From: an uncultured delta proteobacterium
GTDB taxonomy: Bacteria; Desulfobacterota; Desulfobacteria; Desulfobacterales; UBA2156
Direction: 5' to 3'
Assembly: GCA_963736855.1 (NCBI GenBank)
Contig: CAVTQK010000020.1
Location: 32,001-96,000, forward strand
Length of the DNA stretch: 64,000 nt
Part shown: positions 11,010 through 19,900 of the stretch, in pieces
Numbering within the stretch: position 1 is the stretch's first letter
Layout of the letters: the number at the start of each line of letters is the position of its first letter
The notes under the pieces: model-generated
What the model saw: the letters and a program-made list of their open reading frames with translations, nothing else
The model's database searches: none
What the model was told of the DNA's origin: nothing
Made by a program: the position numbers and the translations under genes

Positions 11010-11603
11010 ATGTCGATGGATGAGATCATCGAGAAAAAGCGATCGATCCGGGAAGACATCCTGAAACGAGTGGGTGCTCTCTCGGAAAAAGAACGACACC
11101 TCAAGACCCAGGAGATCCAAGACCGGCTCTTTTCTTTTGCCAACTTCCTGGAGTCCAAGGTCATACTCCTTTATATGGAAAAAGACCCGGAAGTCCCTAC
11201 GGCACAGATAATTAAAAAGTGCTACTCAATTCAAAAAGTTGTAGTGCTGCCGGCCTTCAAGCCGGAGAAAAAAGGGATGGACTTGCTGAAGGTCGATCAT
11301 TTGGAAAACGCCCTCAGACCCGGCCCGAGGGGGGTTTTGGAACCGGACCCAGCCGTGTGCAAGGTCGTTCCCATAGACTTCATCGATATCGCCATCATTC
11401 CCGGTATCGCCTTCGACGAAAAGGGCGGACGGATCGGGACCGGGGAAGGGTATTACGACCAGCTCATCCCCAAATTGCCCATCACCACGAGAAAGGTCGC
11501 GCTGACCCTGGAAACCCAGTTGGTCCCCCAGGTGCCTATGGAGCCCCACGACCGCTTTGTGGATATCCTCATCACGGAAAAACGGATCATCTACAAGATC
11601 TGA
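11010..11603 (+). CDS. 5-formyltetrahydrofolate cyclo-ligase
   Basis: IIPGIAFDEKGGRIGTGEGYYD and EPHDRFVD motifs. Confidence 0.92.
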   Translation: MSMDEIIEKKRSIREDILKRVGALSEKERHLKTQEIQDRLFSFANFLESKVILLYMEKDPEVPTAQIIKKCYSIQKVVVLPAFKPEKKGMDLLKVDHLENALRPGPRGVLEPDPAVCKVVPIDFIDIAIIPGIAFDEKGGRIGTGEGYYDQLIPKLPITTRKVALTLETQLVPQVPMEPHDRFVDILITEKRIIYKI

Positions 11604-11644
11604 TGCCCTTCTCGATTGCTAAACAGTACTGATGACTCCCTTCA

Positions 11645-12646
11645 TCACGAAGGGCTCAACGCCTTTTCCAGAAGCTTGAGATTCTTCTCCCCACCTATAG
11701 CGATGACCGTGTCTCCGGTCCGGAGAATCGTTTCAAAGGAGGGATTGAATCGCATGTCCCCGGAAGCGTCTTTCACGGCGATGATGATGAGATCGTATTT
11801 TTGCCGGATACCGGAATCCTTCAGCATGACATTGACGAGCTCGGAGTCGGGACTTACCGGGATCTCTTCCATCTGGATGTCCGTGCCCTTGTACGCCAGG
11901 GCCAGATCCAGGAAACCGCTCACGGTGGGACGAACGACACGATGGGCCATGGTGACGGCTCCGATGTCGTAAGGCGATTCGACGATATCGGCTCCGGCGG
12001 CTTTCAGCTTCGCCTTGGATGCATCCGCCGTCGCCCGGGCCAGGATGAAAAGACCCGGGTTCAGCTGTCGTGCCGTGAGGACTAAAAAGACGTTGTCCGC
12101 ATCGGAGCTTAACACCGCCACCAGCCCCTTTGCATTTCCGATTCCGGCCTTGATGAGGTTGGCCTCCTCGGAGGCGTCCCCGCTGATGTAAAGGATGCTG
12201 TCCTGCTCCAAAACCGGTAAGAGATTTTTGTCCTTTTCAATGACCACCACGTCCAGCGGCCTTCGACGGACATTCCTGACAAGGATCCGTCCGATCCTGC
12301 CGTACCCGCAGACGATGTAATGGTTTTTAAGCCGTTCGATCTTCTTTTCCAAGCGTCGCCTCCCTAAAATATTGCGGATCTGACCCTCCATCATGAACTG
12401 AATCACCGCGCCCGCCACATAGAAGAAGTATCCCACCCCAAAAAAGATCAGCACCATGCTGATGGCCCTGCCGGAATTCGTGAGCTTTCGGACCTCTCCG
12501 TAACCCACGGTGGAAAGCGTTGTCACGGTCATGAAGAGGGAATCCATAAAATCCCAGCCCTCCATGAACATGTAGGCGCACGTCCCCATGACGATGATAA
12601 AAGCACCGAATACCAATGACAATAAAAGGTGCCGGGTTCTTTTCAT
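11645..12646 (-). CDS. Potassium channel with RCK (TrkA-N/TrkA-C) domains, MthK-like
   Basis: Two TM helices around the TVGYG selectivity filter; IVCGYGRIG Rossmann motif; start taken at MKRTRHLL. Confidence 0.9.
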   Translation of the reverse strand: MKRTRHLLLSLVFGAFIIVMGTCAYMFMEGWDFMDSLFMTVTTLSTVGYGEVRKLTNSGRAISMVLIFFGVGYFFYVAGAVIQFMMEGQIRNILGRRRLEKKIERLKNHYIVCGYGRIGRILVRNVRRRPLDVVVIEKDKNLLPVLEQDSILYISGDASEEANLIKAGIGNAKGLVAVLSSDADNVFLVLTARQLNPGLFILARATADASKAKLKAAGADIVESPYDIGAVTMAHRVVRPTVSGFLDLALAYKGTDIQMEEIPVSPDSELVNVMLKDSGIRQKYDLIIIAVKDASGDMRFNPSFETILRTGDTVIAIGGEKNLKLLEKALSPS

Positions 12647-12831
12647 GTCCTCTCCACATGGTGGGCCGATTGTTTCATGGTGTCGACTATCTCTTTTCCG
12701 GTATAAAAAATCAAGCCCGGGGTCCGCGACCGGGCAGGCTCGGACAGACCTGAAGCGATATCTCTTTTCATAAATGCTCCGGAATCGAATCGTCTTGACC
12801 CGCAAAAGGGGTTCTGGTAGCAGATTCCTTA

Positions 12832-13491
12832 ATGAAAAGCGATCCCCTGAAATACGAGCGACTGCGCGAAGAGATGGTCAAAAAGCAGATCGAGGCCCGG
12901 GGCGTTTCCGATCCGGCCGTCCTTTCGGCCATGAGAAAGGTGCCCCGACACCTTTTCGTCAGCGAAGCGCTCAGGGATCAGGCTTATGGTGATTTTCCAC
13001 TTCCTATCGGTTTTGATCAAACCATCTCCCAGCCTTACATCGTAGCGGAGATGACCGAAGCCCTGCAATTGGATGAGGAAGACCGGGTCCTTGAAATCGG
13101 GACCGGATCCGGTTACCAGGCGGCTGTTTGCGCCGAGATCGCCTACCGGGTCTACACCATCGAAAGGATCCACGCCTTATATCTCCGGGCACGTCGTCTC
13201 TTCGACGATCTGCACTATCACAACATCGTCAGCCGTTACTCGGATGGGAGTTCAGGGTGGAAAGAAGAAAGCCCCTTTGATGCCATCATCGTCACCGCGG
13301 GGGCACCGGAGATTCCAAATACTCTGGTCAATCAGCTTGCAACGGGGGGCCGGCTGGTGATCCCGGTGGGGGACCGCTTTTCCCAGGAATTGGTCAAACT
13401 GGTCCGGGATGAAAACGGCATTCGAACGACCCGTCTGGGAGGGTGCCGCTTCGTCAAACTCCTGGGGGAATACGGTTGGAAGGACGCATGA
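12832..13491 (+). CDS. pcm: Protein-L-isoaspartate O-methyltransferase
   Basis: [34 protein letters not shown]. Confidence 0.95.
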   Translation: MKSDPLKYERLREEMVKKQIEARGVSDPAVLSAMRKVPRHLFVSEALRDQAYGDFPLPIGFDQTISQPYIVAEMTEALQLDEEDRVLEIGTGSGYQAAVCAEIAYRVYTIERIHALYLRARRLFDDLHYHNIVSRYSDGSSGWKEESPFDAIIVTAGAPEIPNTLVNQLATGGRLVIPVGDRFSQELVKLVRDENGIRTTRLGGCRFVKLLGEYGWKDA

Positions 13492-14073
13492 ATGCTCCGG
13501 AAGCTCTATGACTGGGTCCTCCACTGGGCCGAAACACCGCAAGGATCATGGGCTCTTTTTCTCCTGGCTTTTGCCGAGTCCTCCTTTTTCCCCATCCCCC
13601 CCGACGTTCTCCTCATCGCGTTGGCCATCGGAGCACCCCCAAAAGCCTTTCGGTATGCCGTCATCTGTTCGGCAGGATCGGTGTTGGGAGGCTGTTTCGG
13701 ATATTTGATCGGCTGGCAATTCATGGCCGCCGTGGGCGAGCGGATCATTGCCGTTTACGGCTTTACCGAAAAATGGGAGTATATCCGGGATCTTTACATG
13801 CGCTACGATGCCTGGGCCGTGGGGATCGCCGGCTTTACACCGATTCCCTACAAGCTTTTCACCATCTCGGCCGGGGCTTTTCGGATCCACTTCGGCGTTT
13901 TCTTTCTGGCTTCCCTGGTTTCCCGGTCGGCGCGATTCTTTTTAGTCTCCGGTCTTATTTATCTCTTCGGCCCGAAAATCAAATCCTTCATCGACCGGTA
14001 CTTCAATACGCTGGCGGTGGTATTCACCATTCTGCTGGTGGGAGGGTTCGTGATCATCAAGATCGTTTTCTAG
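13492..14073 (+). CDS. YqaA/DedA-family membrane protein
   Basis: AESSFFPIPPD and GFTPIPYKLF motifs; usual position after pcm. Confidence 0.88.
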   Translation: MLRKLYDWVLHWAETPQGSWALFLLAFAESSFFPIPPDVLLIALAIGAPPKAFRYAVICSAGSVLGGCFGYLIGWQFMAAVGERIIAVYGFTEKWEYIRDLYMRYDAWAVGIAGFTPIPYKLFTISAGAFRIHFGVFFLASLVSRSARFFLVSGLIYLFGPKIKSFIDRYFNTLAVVFTILLVGGFVIIKIVF

Positions 14074-16265
14074 GAGCACTTGGAAAAGCCGCAGGAGTGG
14101 CAGACCATGCACCCTTCCTGGTGCGTCATCACGCCGCCGCAGTCCGGGCATACCCCGAGCATGTTCTCGGAGCTCTCAATGTCCGCGCGGGTGACGGCCT
14201 TGAGCACCTGGGCGATGGCGTCCGGACACGAGAGCACGATCCTGCCGTTTTGCCATGCCGGGGACGGGCAACGGATGCCGATGAGCTGTTTAGCGATGGC
14301 GTCCACCTTGACCCCGGACCGTAACGCCAGAGAGATGAGCCTTCCCGCCGCCTCGATCTGGGAAGAGGCGCATCCGCCGGTTTTCCCCATCTGGGCAAAG
14401 ACCTCGCACATCCCGCTATCATCGGAGTTGATGGTGACATAGAGTTTTCCACACCCGGTGGTGATCCGCTGGGTGATGCCGTGGGTCCGTTCGGGCCTGG
14501 GTCGCGGGGCGACTTGAACGGACTCCTTTTGCGAGGTTCCGATGCTGAGGACCTGTCGTTCCCGGCTTCCGTACCGGTAGAGGGTCACCCCCTTGCAACC
14601 GGATCGATAGGCCAGGCGGTAAACCGCGTCAACCTGCTCCCGCGTGGCGTCCTGGGCAAAATTAACGGTCTTGGATACGGCGTTGTCCGTATATTTTTGA
14701 AAGGCCGCCTGGATGCGGATGTGCCATTCCGGAGGGATGTCGTGGGAGGTTTTAAAGATTCTTTTCACCTCTTCCGGAACGTTATCCACTCGTTGCACGG
14801 AACCCGAAGCAACGATTTCCCGGACCAGCGCATCGGAATAAAAACCCTGCTTTCTGGCCATCCGGGTAAAAAAGGGATGAATCTCATAAAGAGTCTTTCC
14901 ATCCAGTACATGCCGTTCATGGGCTACGGCGAATAAGGGCTCGATGCCGCTGGATGTCCCCGCGATGATACTGAGGGTGCCGGTGGGGGCGATGGTGGTG
15001 GTGGTGGCGTTTCGCATATGCGGCGTCGCCGCATTATCGAAGATGCTGTCTGGATAATATGGAAAATTCCCCCGCTTTTTTGCAAGAGCGGCTGAGGCCT
15101 CCCGGGATTCCCTCTGGATGAACTCCATCACCGTTTCGGCCGCCGACTCCGCTTCTTCGGAATCATAAGGGATCCCCAAGAGGATCAGCATGTCGGCAAA
15201 CCCCATGACGCCCAGCCCGATCTTCCGGATCCCTTTGCTCAACTGCTCGATCTGGGGGAGGGGATACCGGTTCACCTCCACTACGTTATCGAGAAAATGA
15301 ACGGCCCGACCTACGGTCTCTTTGAGGCGCGTAAAATGGATCTTGCCCTTTGCCACCATCTTGGTCAGATTGATGGATCCCAGGGTGCAGGATTCATACG
15401 GCAATAACGGCTGCTCGCCGCACGGGTTGGTGGCCTCAATGACGCCGAGATGCGGTGTCGGCTGGTTCTCGTTGATGCGATCGATGAAAATCACCCCCGG
15501 CTCCCCGGTTCTCCAGGCCGAATCGACGATGGAATCGAAGATTTTCTTTGCCGGCACCGATGCGACTGCCTTTCCGGTTCTGGGATTCACTAGGTCAAAA
15601 GGGGCCTCCTTTTCCAAAGCCTCCATGAATTCCCGGGTCAGTGCCACTGAAATGTTGAAGTTGTTGAGTCTTTTGAGATCGTTTTTTGCCGTGATAAAGG
15701 CTTCCACGTCCGGATGATCGACCCTCAGAATCCCCATGTTGGCGCCGCGCCGGGTGCCTCCCTGTTTGACGGTCTCAGTCGCCACGTCAAAGACGGTCAT
15801 AAACGAAATGGGGCCGCTGGAAATCCCGGCAGTGGAAAGGACCATGTCCTGCTGTGGCCGGATCCTGGAAAAGGAAAACCCGGTTCCGCCTCCGGTCTTG
15901 TGGATAATGGCGGTGTGTTTCAAAGTTTCGAAAATGCTTTCCATGGAATCCTCGATGGGAAGAACGAAACACGCAGCAAGCTGTCCCAGACGCCTTCCGG
16001 CATTCATCATTGTGGGCGAGTTGGGTAAAAAATATAGGTGCATCAAGATTTCTTCGAAACCCCGGGCCGTTTTGGAGGCATCGGCTTTCGGATCAAACTT
16101 CAGATCCGCAACGGCAACAGCCTGAGCCACCCGTTTGAACATGTCTTCCGGTGTCTCGATGACATTTCCGTCAGGGTCTTTTTTCAGGTATCGCTTTTCG
16201 AGTACCAGGCGTGCGTTGGGTGTCAGGGCTGCGTATTCTCGGGCTTTTTTTTTGGATGGACTCAT
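14070..16265 (-). CDS. nrdJ: Class II (adenosylcobalamin-dependent) ribonucleotide reductase with fused C-terminal TSCPD/zinc-ribbon domain
   Basis: PNSPT, QGGTRRGANM, TNPCGEQPL, TIAPTGT, SCPDAIA, terminal CxxC-CxxC; no beta subunit nearby. Confidence 0.9.
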   Translation of the reverse strand: MSPSKKKAREYAALTPNARLVLEKRYLKKDPDGNVIETPEDMFKRVAQAVAVADLKFDPKADASKTARGFEEILMHLYFLPNSPTMMNAGRRLGQLAACFVLPIEDSMESIFETLKHTAIIHKTGGGTGFSFSRIRPQQDMVLSTAGISSGPISFMTVFDVATETVKQGGTRRGANMGILRVDHPDVEAFITAKNDLKRLNNFNISVALTREFMEALEKEAPFDLVNPRTGKAVASVPAKKIFDSIVDSAWRTGEPGVIFIDRINENQPTPHLGVIEATNPCGEQPLLPYESCTLGSINLTKMVAKGKIHFTRLKETVGRAVHFLDNVVEVNRYPLPQIEQLSKGIRKIGLGVMGFADMLILLGIPYDSEEAESAAETVMEFIQRESREASAALAKKRGNFPYYPDSIFDNAATPHMRNATTTTIAPTGTLSIIAGTSSGIEPLFAVAHERHVLDGKTLYEIHPFFTRMARKQGFYSDALVREIVASGSVQRVDNVPEEVKRIFKTSHDIPPEWHIRIQAAFQKYTDNAVSKTVNFAQDATREQVDAVYRLAYRSGCKGVTLYRYGSRERQVLSIGTSQKESVQVAPRPRPERTHGITQRITTGCGKLYVTINSDDSGMCEVFAQMGKTGGCASSQIEAAGRLISLALRSGVKVDAIAKQLIGIRCPSPAWQNGRIVLSCPDAIAQVLKAVTRADIESSENMLGVCPDCGGVMTHQEGCMVCHSCGFSKCS

Positions 16266-17170
16266 ACCGGCTTCGCCTCTTTTATGCTTTCTTTTAAGAA
16301 TCGTGAAAAGGCCTCAACCAGGGGAGAGGGGGTTCGATGGCGATGAAAAGTCAAATAGACCCCCCTTTTGAGGTTCAGCCTATCCACCGATAGACTTTTC
16401 AGAGTGTTGGTGCGCAAATCCTCTTCAACCGCGATTTTGGACAGAATGGAAATCCCCATACGGCCCTTGATCCCTTGCCGAATCGCCTCCGTACTTCCCA
16501 TCTCTGCAACCACTTTAAGGTCCTGGATGCGAATCCCGTTTTTCATCAGGCTTTCTTCGATGGAAGCCCGTGTCCCCGAACCTTCTTCCCTTATAATAAA
16601 CGGTCCCGAGCGCAATGTCGTCAGGCTGATCCGCGCTTTTTTGGCCCATGGATGTTCAGGAAAGACCACCAAAACCATTTCATCTTCCATAAGAATTTCC
16701 TGAAAAATCCGCCTGTCTTTGACTTTGGCCCCCACTACTCCCAAGGCGAGTATGCCTTCCTGGATATCGCCGACGATCTGCATTGTGTCTCCGATCTTCA
16801 GGGAAACCGTCACATGGGGATGTGCGGCGCAAAAGGCACCGATGACCCTGGGCAGGAGATATGTCCCGGGAATCGTGCTACCTCCGATCAGGAGGCGTCC
16901 TTTCACCTTACCATGGAACTGAGCCAGGGCCGTTTCCATCTCGTCTTTTAACCCCACAAGCCTCACAGCGTATCGGAAGAGGATCCGGCCGGCTTGGGTG
17001 GGAACGGCTTCCTTGGCCAATCGGTCAATGAGTCGGCAGTTGAAATGGGCTTCCAGGTCCCGGATATGGCTGCTGACAGTAGGCTGGGAGAGACGCAGGC
17101 TGTTTCCAGCCTTGGAAAAACTCTTCTGCTCCACCACCTTGGTAAAGACGATGAGATGCCATAAATCCAT
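16262..17170 (-). CDS. LysR-family transcriptional regulator (CysL-like substrate-binding domain)
   Basis: SFSKAG..L.LSQPTVS HTH; REEGSGTR motif; stop overlaps the nrdJ ATG. Confidence 0.9.
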   Translation of the reverse strand: MDLWHLIVFTKVVEQKSFSKAGNSLRLSQPTVSSHIRDLEAHFNCRLIDRLAKEAVPTQAGRILFRYAVRLVGLKDEMETALAQFHGKVKGRLLIGGSTIPGTYLLPRVIGAFCAAHPHVTVSLKIGDTMQIVGDIQEGILALGVVGAKVKDRRIFQEILMEDEMVLVVFPEHPWAKKARISLTTLRSGPFIIREEGSGTRASIEESLMKNGIRIQDLKVVAEMGSTEAIRQGIKGRMGISILSKIAVEEDLRTNTLKSLSVDRLNLKRGVYLTFHRHRTPSPLVEAFSRFLKESIKEAKPV

Positions 17171-17218
17171 TGTCCCCCCGCTTTTTACCCTGTTGTTGCA
17201 ACTGCAGGGTTTGCTGGG

Positions 17219-17707
17219 TCAGGGCGATTGATGGAATTTCTCTTTCAGTCTCCGGCTTACGATGGGAGGGACCATGTCATCGATTTCGCCGCCAAATCGA
17301 GCCGCCTCTTTGATGATGGACGAACTGGTGAAAATCCATCGCAGTTCCGTCATCATAAAGACAGTCTGAATCTTCCGGTTGAGCTTTCGGTTCATCAGGG
17401 CCATTTGAAATTCATACTCGAAATCGGAGACGGCGCGCATGCCACGAATAATGGCTTGCGCCTTCTTTTGGACCGCGTAGTCAATAAGCAGTCCTTTAAA
17501 GGTGTCGATTTCGACATTCGGAAATGCCTCCAGGCTGGCTTTCAGCATTTCGAGACGTTCATCCACTGTAAACAAGGCTTTTTTTTGCGGGTTGATCAGA
17601 ATGGCCACGATAACTTTGTCAAAAAGGGCGAGTCCACGCTCGAGGATGTCCAAGTGGCCATAAGTGACCGGATCGAAGGAACCGGGATAAATGGCTATGT
17701 GTTTCAT
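17219..17707 (-). CDS. coaD: Phosphopantetheine adenylyltransferase
   Basis: YPGSFDPVTYGH, RGMRAVSDFEYE. Confidence 0.96.
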   Translation of the reverse strand: MKHIAIYPGSFDPVTYGHLDILERGLALFDKVIVAILINPQKKALFTVDERLEMLKASLEAFPNVEIDTFKGLLIDYAVQKKAQAIIRGMRAVSDFEYEFQMALMNRKLNRKIQTVFMMTELRWIFTSSSIIKEAARFGGEIDDMVPPIVSRRLKEKFHQSP

Positions 17708-17782
17708 ACCAACGACCTTTATGTCAAGAGGTGAGGGTGTGCTGTTCGATCCCCATGGAAACGATTTAACAACGGCCGAATT

Positions 17783-18337
17783 TCATAACACACGTTCCAG
17801 AAATGAAACAAGGGTTTTCCCGTATTTTCGCTTTTCGGATATGGAAAATCCGGATATTTGCATGGGCTCCTTTATCCCGTGCTCGACAACTACGACGGCC
17901 CCTTTTTGAAGGACACCGCTTTCATTGAGGTTCTGGAGGGCGGGAATAACGATGCCATGATTATAGGGAGGATCCATAAAGACAAGATTGAAGGTGTCGG
18001 CGAATCCGGCCAGGCAGTGAAGGTTTCGATCGATGTCCCAGTGAAACACCCTTGATCGATCCTGCACCTTGCACCGCAGGATATTTTTCTGGAGAGTCGT
18101 TACGGCACTTGGATCTGCGTCTACAAAGACGGCGAACTGCGCACCCCGACTCAACGCTTCGATACCCAGGGCCCCGCTTCCGGCAAAAAGATCCAGAACC
18201 ATGGCAGACAACACTCTATGATACAGAATATTGAAGATGGCCTCCCGGACTCGGCCGGAAGTCGGTCGAACGGAATCCCCCTTCAGGGAAAGCAAAGAAG
18301 TCCCCTTCAGGGTGCCTGAAAAAATGCGCAGTCCCAT
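17783..18337 (-). CDS. rsmD: 16S rRNA m2G966 methyltransferase
   Basis: RPTSGRVREAIFN, LDLFAGSGALGIEALSRGA, DPPY; typical rsmD-coaD pair. Confidence 0.94.
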   Translation of the reverse strand: MGLRIFSGTLKGTSLLSLKGDSVRPTSGRVREAIFNILYHRVLSAMVLDLFAGSGALGIEALSRGAQFAVFVDADPSAVTTLQKNILRCKVQDRSRVFHWDIDRNLHCLAGFADTFNLVFMDPPYNHGIVIPALQNLNESGVLQKGAVVVVEHGIKEPMQISGFSISEKRKYGKTLVSFLERVL

Positions 18338-18458
18338 AGACGGATTTTGAGTATCAAACAGCGATACGCAGAACTACAATCGACCCTCAATGCATTCGTT
18401 GGAATCCTCTCTTTCTACCGAAGCCTCTGACCCTCCAACCTTTGGACCTTTTGATGAT

Positions 18459-19823
18459 TCATTGAATCCCCAAGATTTTGAGAGCGCTCTGGAGATGGCG
18501 GGAATCCATACCGATCCGTTTGGCAGCTTTAGCAACGTCCCGTCGGCTTTGGAGGTATTTTTCTCGGATATATTCCCTCTCGAAGGCCTGGGTCGCTTTT
18601 TTCAGGCCGTCGATTGAGAACAGATCGGCCTCCCTGACTGCTTCAGGATGCGGTAAAGGGCCAGGGTTGTATGGCCTGGGGATATCCGAAACCTCAATCT
18701 CCTCTTTTTCCACCATAATGGACAGTCGTTCGATAAGGTTTTTAAGCTCCCGAACGTTTCCCGGCCAGGAATAGGCAATCAGCAGATCCAAAGCCTCTTG
18801 ATGGATCCGTTTCCTGGTACTTCTGCTTTCCCGGCTAAATTCGTCTAAAAAGATGTCCATGAGCAGGGGAATGTCTTCCCGACGTTCCCTCAAAGGCGGA
18901 ACTTCGATCGGGATCACATTGATTCGATAATACAATTCCTCACGAAAGTTTCCTTTTGCAATTTCATTTTTTAGGTCCTTGTTGCTGGCGGCGATCACCC
19001 GGATGTTCAGGTGGAGCACTCTCCCGCTGCCGATTCTTTGAAACTGCTGCTCCTGAAGCACCCGCAGCATGGTGGCCTGGGTCTTCAAGGGCATATCTCC
19101 GATTTCGTCCAGGAAAACAGTGCCTTTATTCGCCAGCTCCAGCTTGCCGATTTTCTTCGCGGCAGAACCGTTGACGGCTCCCTTTTCGTGTCCGAAGAGT
19201 TCACTGTCGATGAGAACCTCGGGAATGGCTGCACAGTTGATGTCGATGAGGGGTTGATCCGATCGGGGACTGAAATGGTGAATGCTCCGGGCCGCCAACT
19301 CCTTTCCGGTGCCGTTCTCCCCGGTGATCAGGACCCATTTGTCCGTAGCGCCCGCGGCGGCGATCTGTTTTCTTAAGTTCACGATAGAGGGACTATTTCC
19401 GTTGATGGAATGCTTTTCGATGGTCTTTTTCCTTAAGTACTTGTTTTCCTCTTCCAGCCTCTGAAAATTGAGGGCGTTATTGATTGCAACGATGACCTTA
19501 TCAATGGAGAGTGGTTTTTCGATGAAATCAAAAGCCCCCAGCTTGGTCGCCTTGACCGCTGTTTCGATGGTACCATGGCCCGTGATGATAATGACCTGGA
19601 TGCTCGGATTGTCCTTCTTGATCTCTTTCAAGGTCTCGATGCCGTCGATGCCCGGCATCCAGACGTCCAGAAGGACCAGGTCCGGAAAATGCACGTCGAT
19701 GATTTTGAGGGCTTCATAACCATTGATGGCGGTGAGAACCTCGAATCCCTCGTCTTCCAGCAAACCGCCGAGGCTTTGGAGTATGGAGGGTTCGTCATCC
19801 ACGATTAAAATGGAAGGGAACAT
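18459..19823 (-). CDS. ntrX: NtrX-like response regulator (REC-AAA+-HTH)
   Basis: REC domain, GENGTGKE, FLDEIGDM; downstream of an NtrY-like kinase; GAFTGA loop reads GAVNGS. Confidence 0.8.
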   Translation of the reverse strand: MFPSILIVDDEPSILQSLGGLLEDEGFEVLTAINGYEALKIIDVHFPDLVLLDVWMPGIDGIETLKEIKKDNPSIQVIIITGHGTIETAVKATKLGAFDFIEKPLSIDKVIVAINNALNFQRLEEENKYLRKKTIEKHSINGNSPSIVNLRKQIAAAGATDKWVLITGENGTGKELAARSIHHFSPRSDQPLIDINCAAIPEVLIDSELFGHEKGAVNGSAAKKIGKLELANKGTVFLDEIGDMPLKTQATMLRVLQEQQFQRIGSGRVLHLNIRVIAASNKDLKNEIAKGNFREELYYRINVIPIEVPPLRERREDIPLLMDIFLDEFSRESRSTRKRIHQEALDLLIAYSWPGNVRELKNLIERLSIMVEKEEIEVSDIPRPYNPGPLPHPEAVREADLFSIDGLKKATQAFEREYIREKYLQSRRDVAKAAKRIGMDSRHLQSALKILGIQ

Positions 19824-19900
19824 GGGGTTGTCGTCTCCTGTTGTATGGTCGCTGATGATATCGCCGATTTCGTGTTTCTTTTTTTATGAGAATAATCGGG

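Noticed and set aside
18395..18456. Degenerate short pyrimidine-rich repeats here and near 7825-7856
   Set aside because: Too degenerate to define a repeat unit; not CRISPR-like
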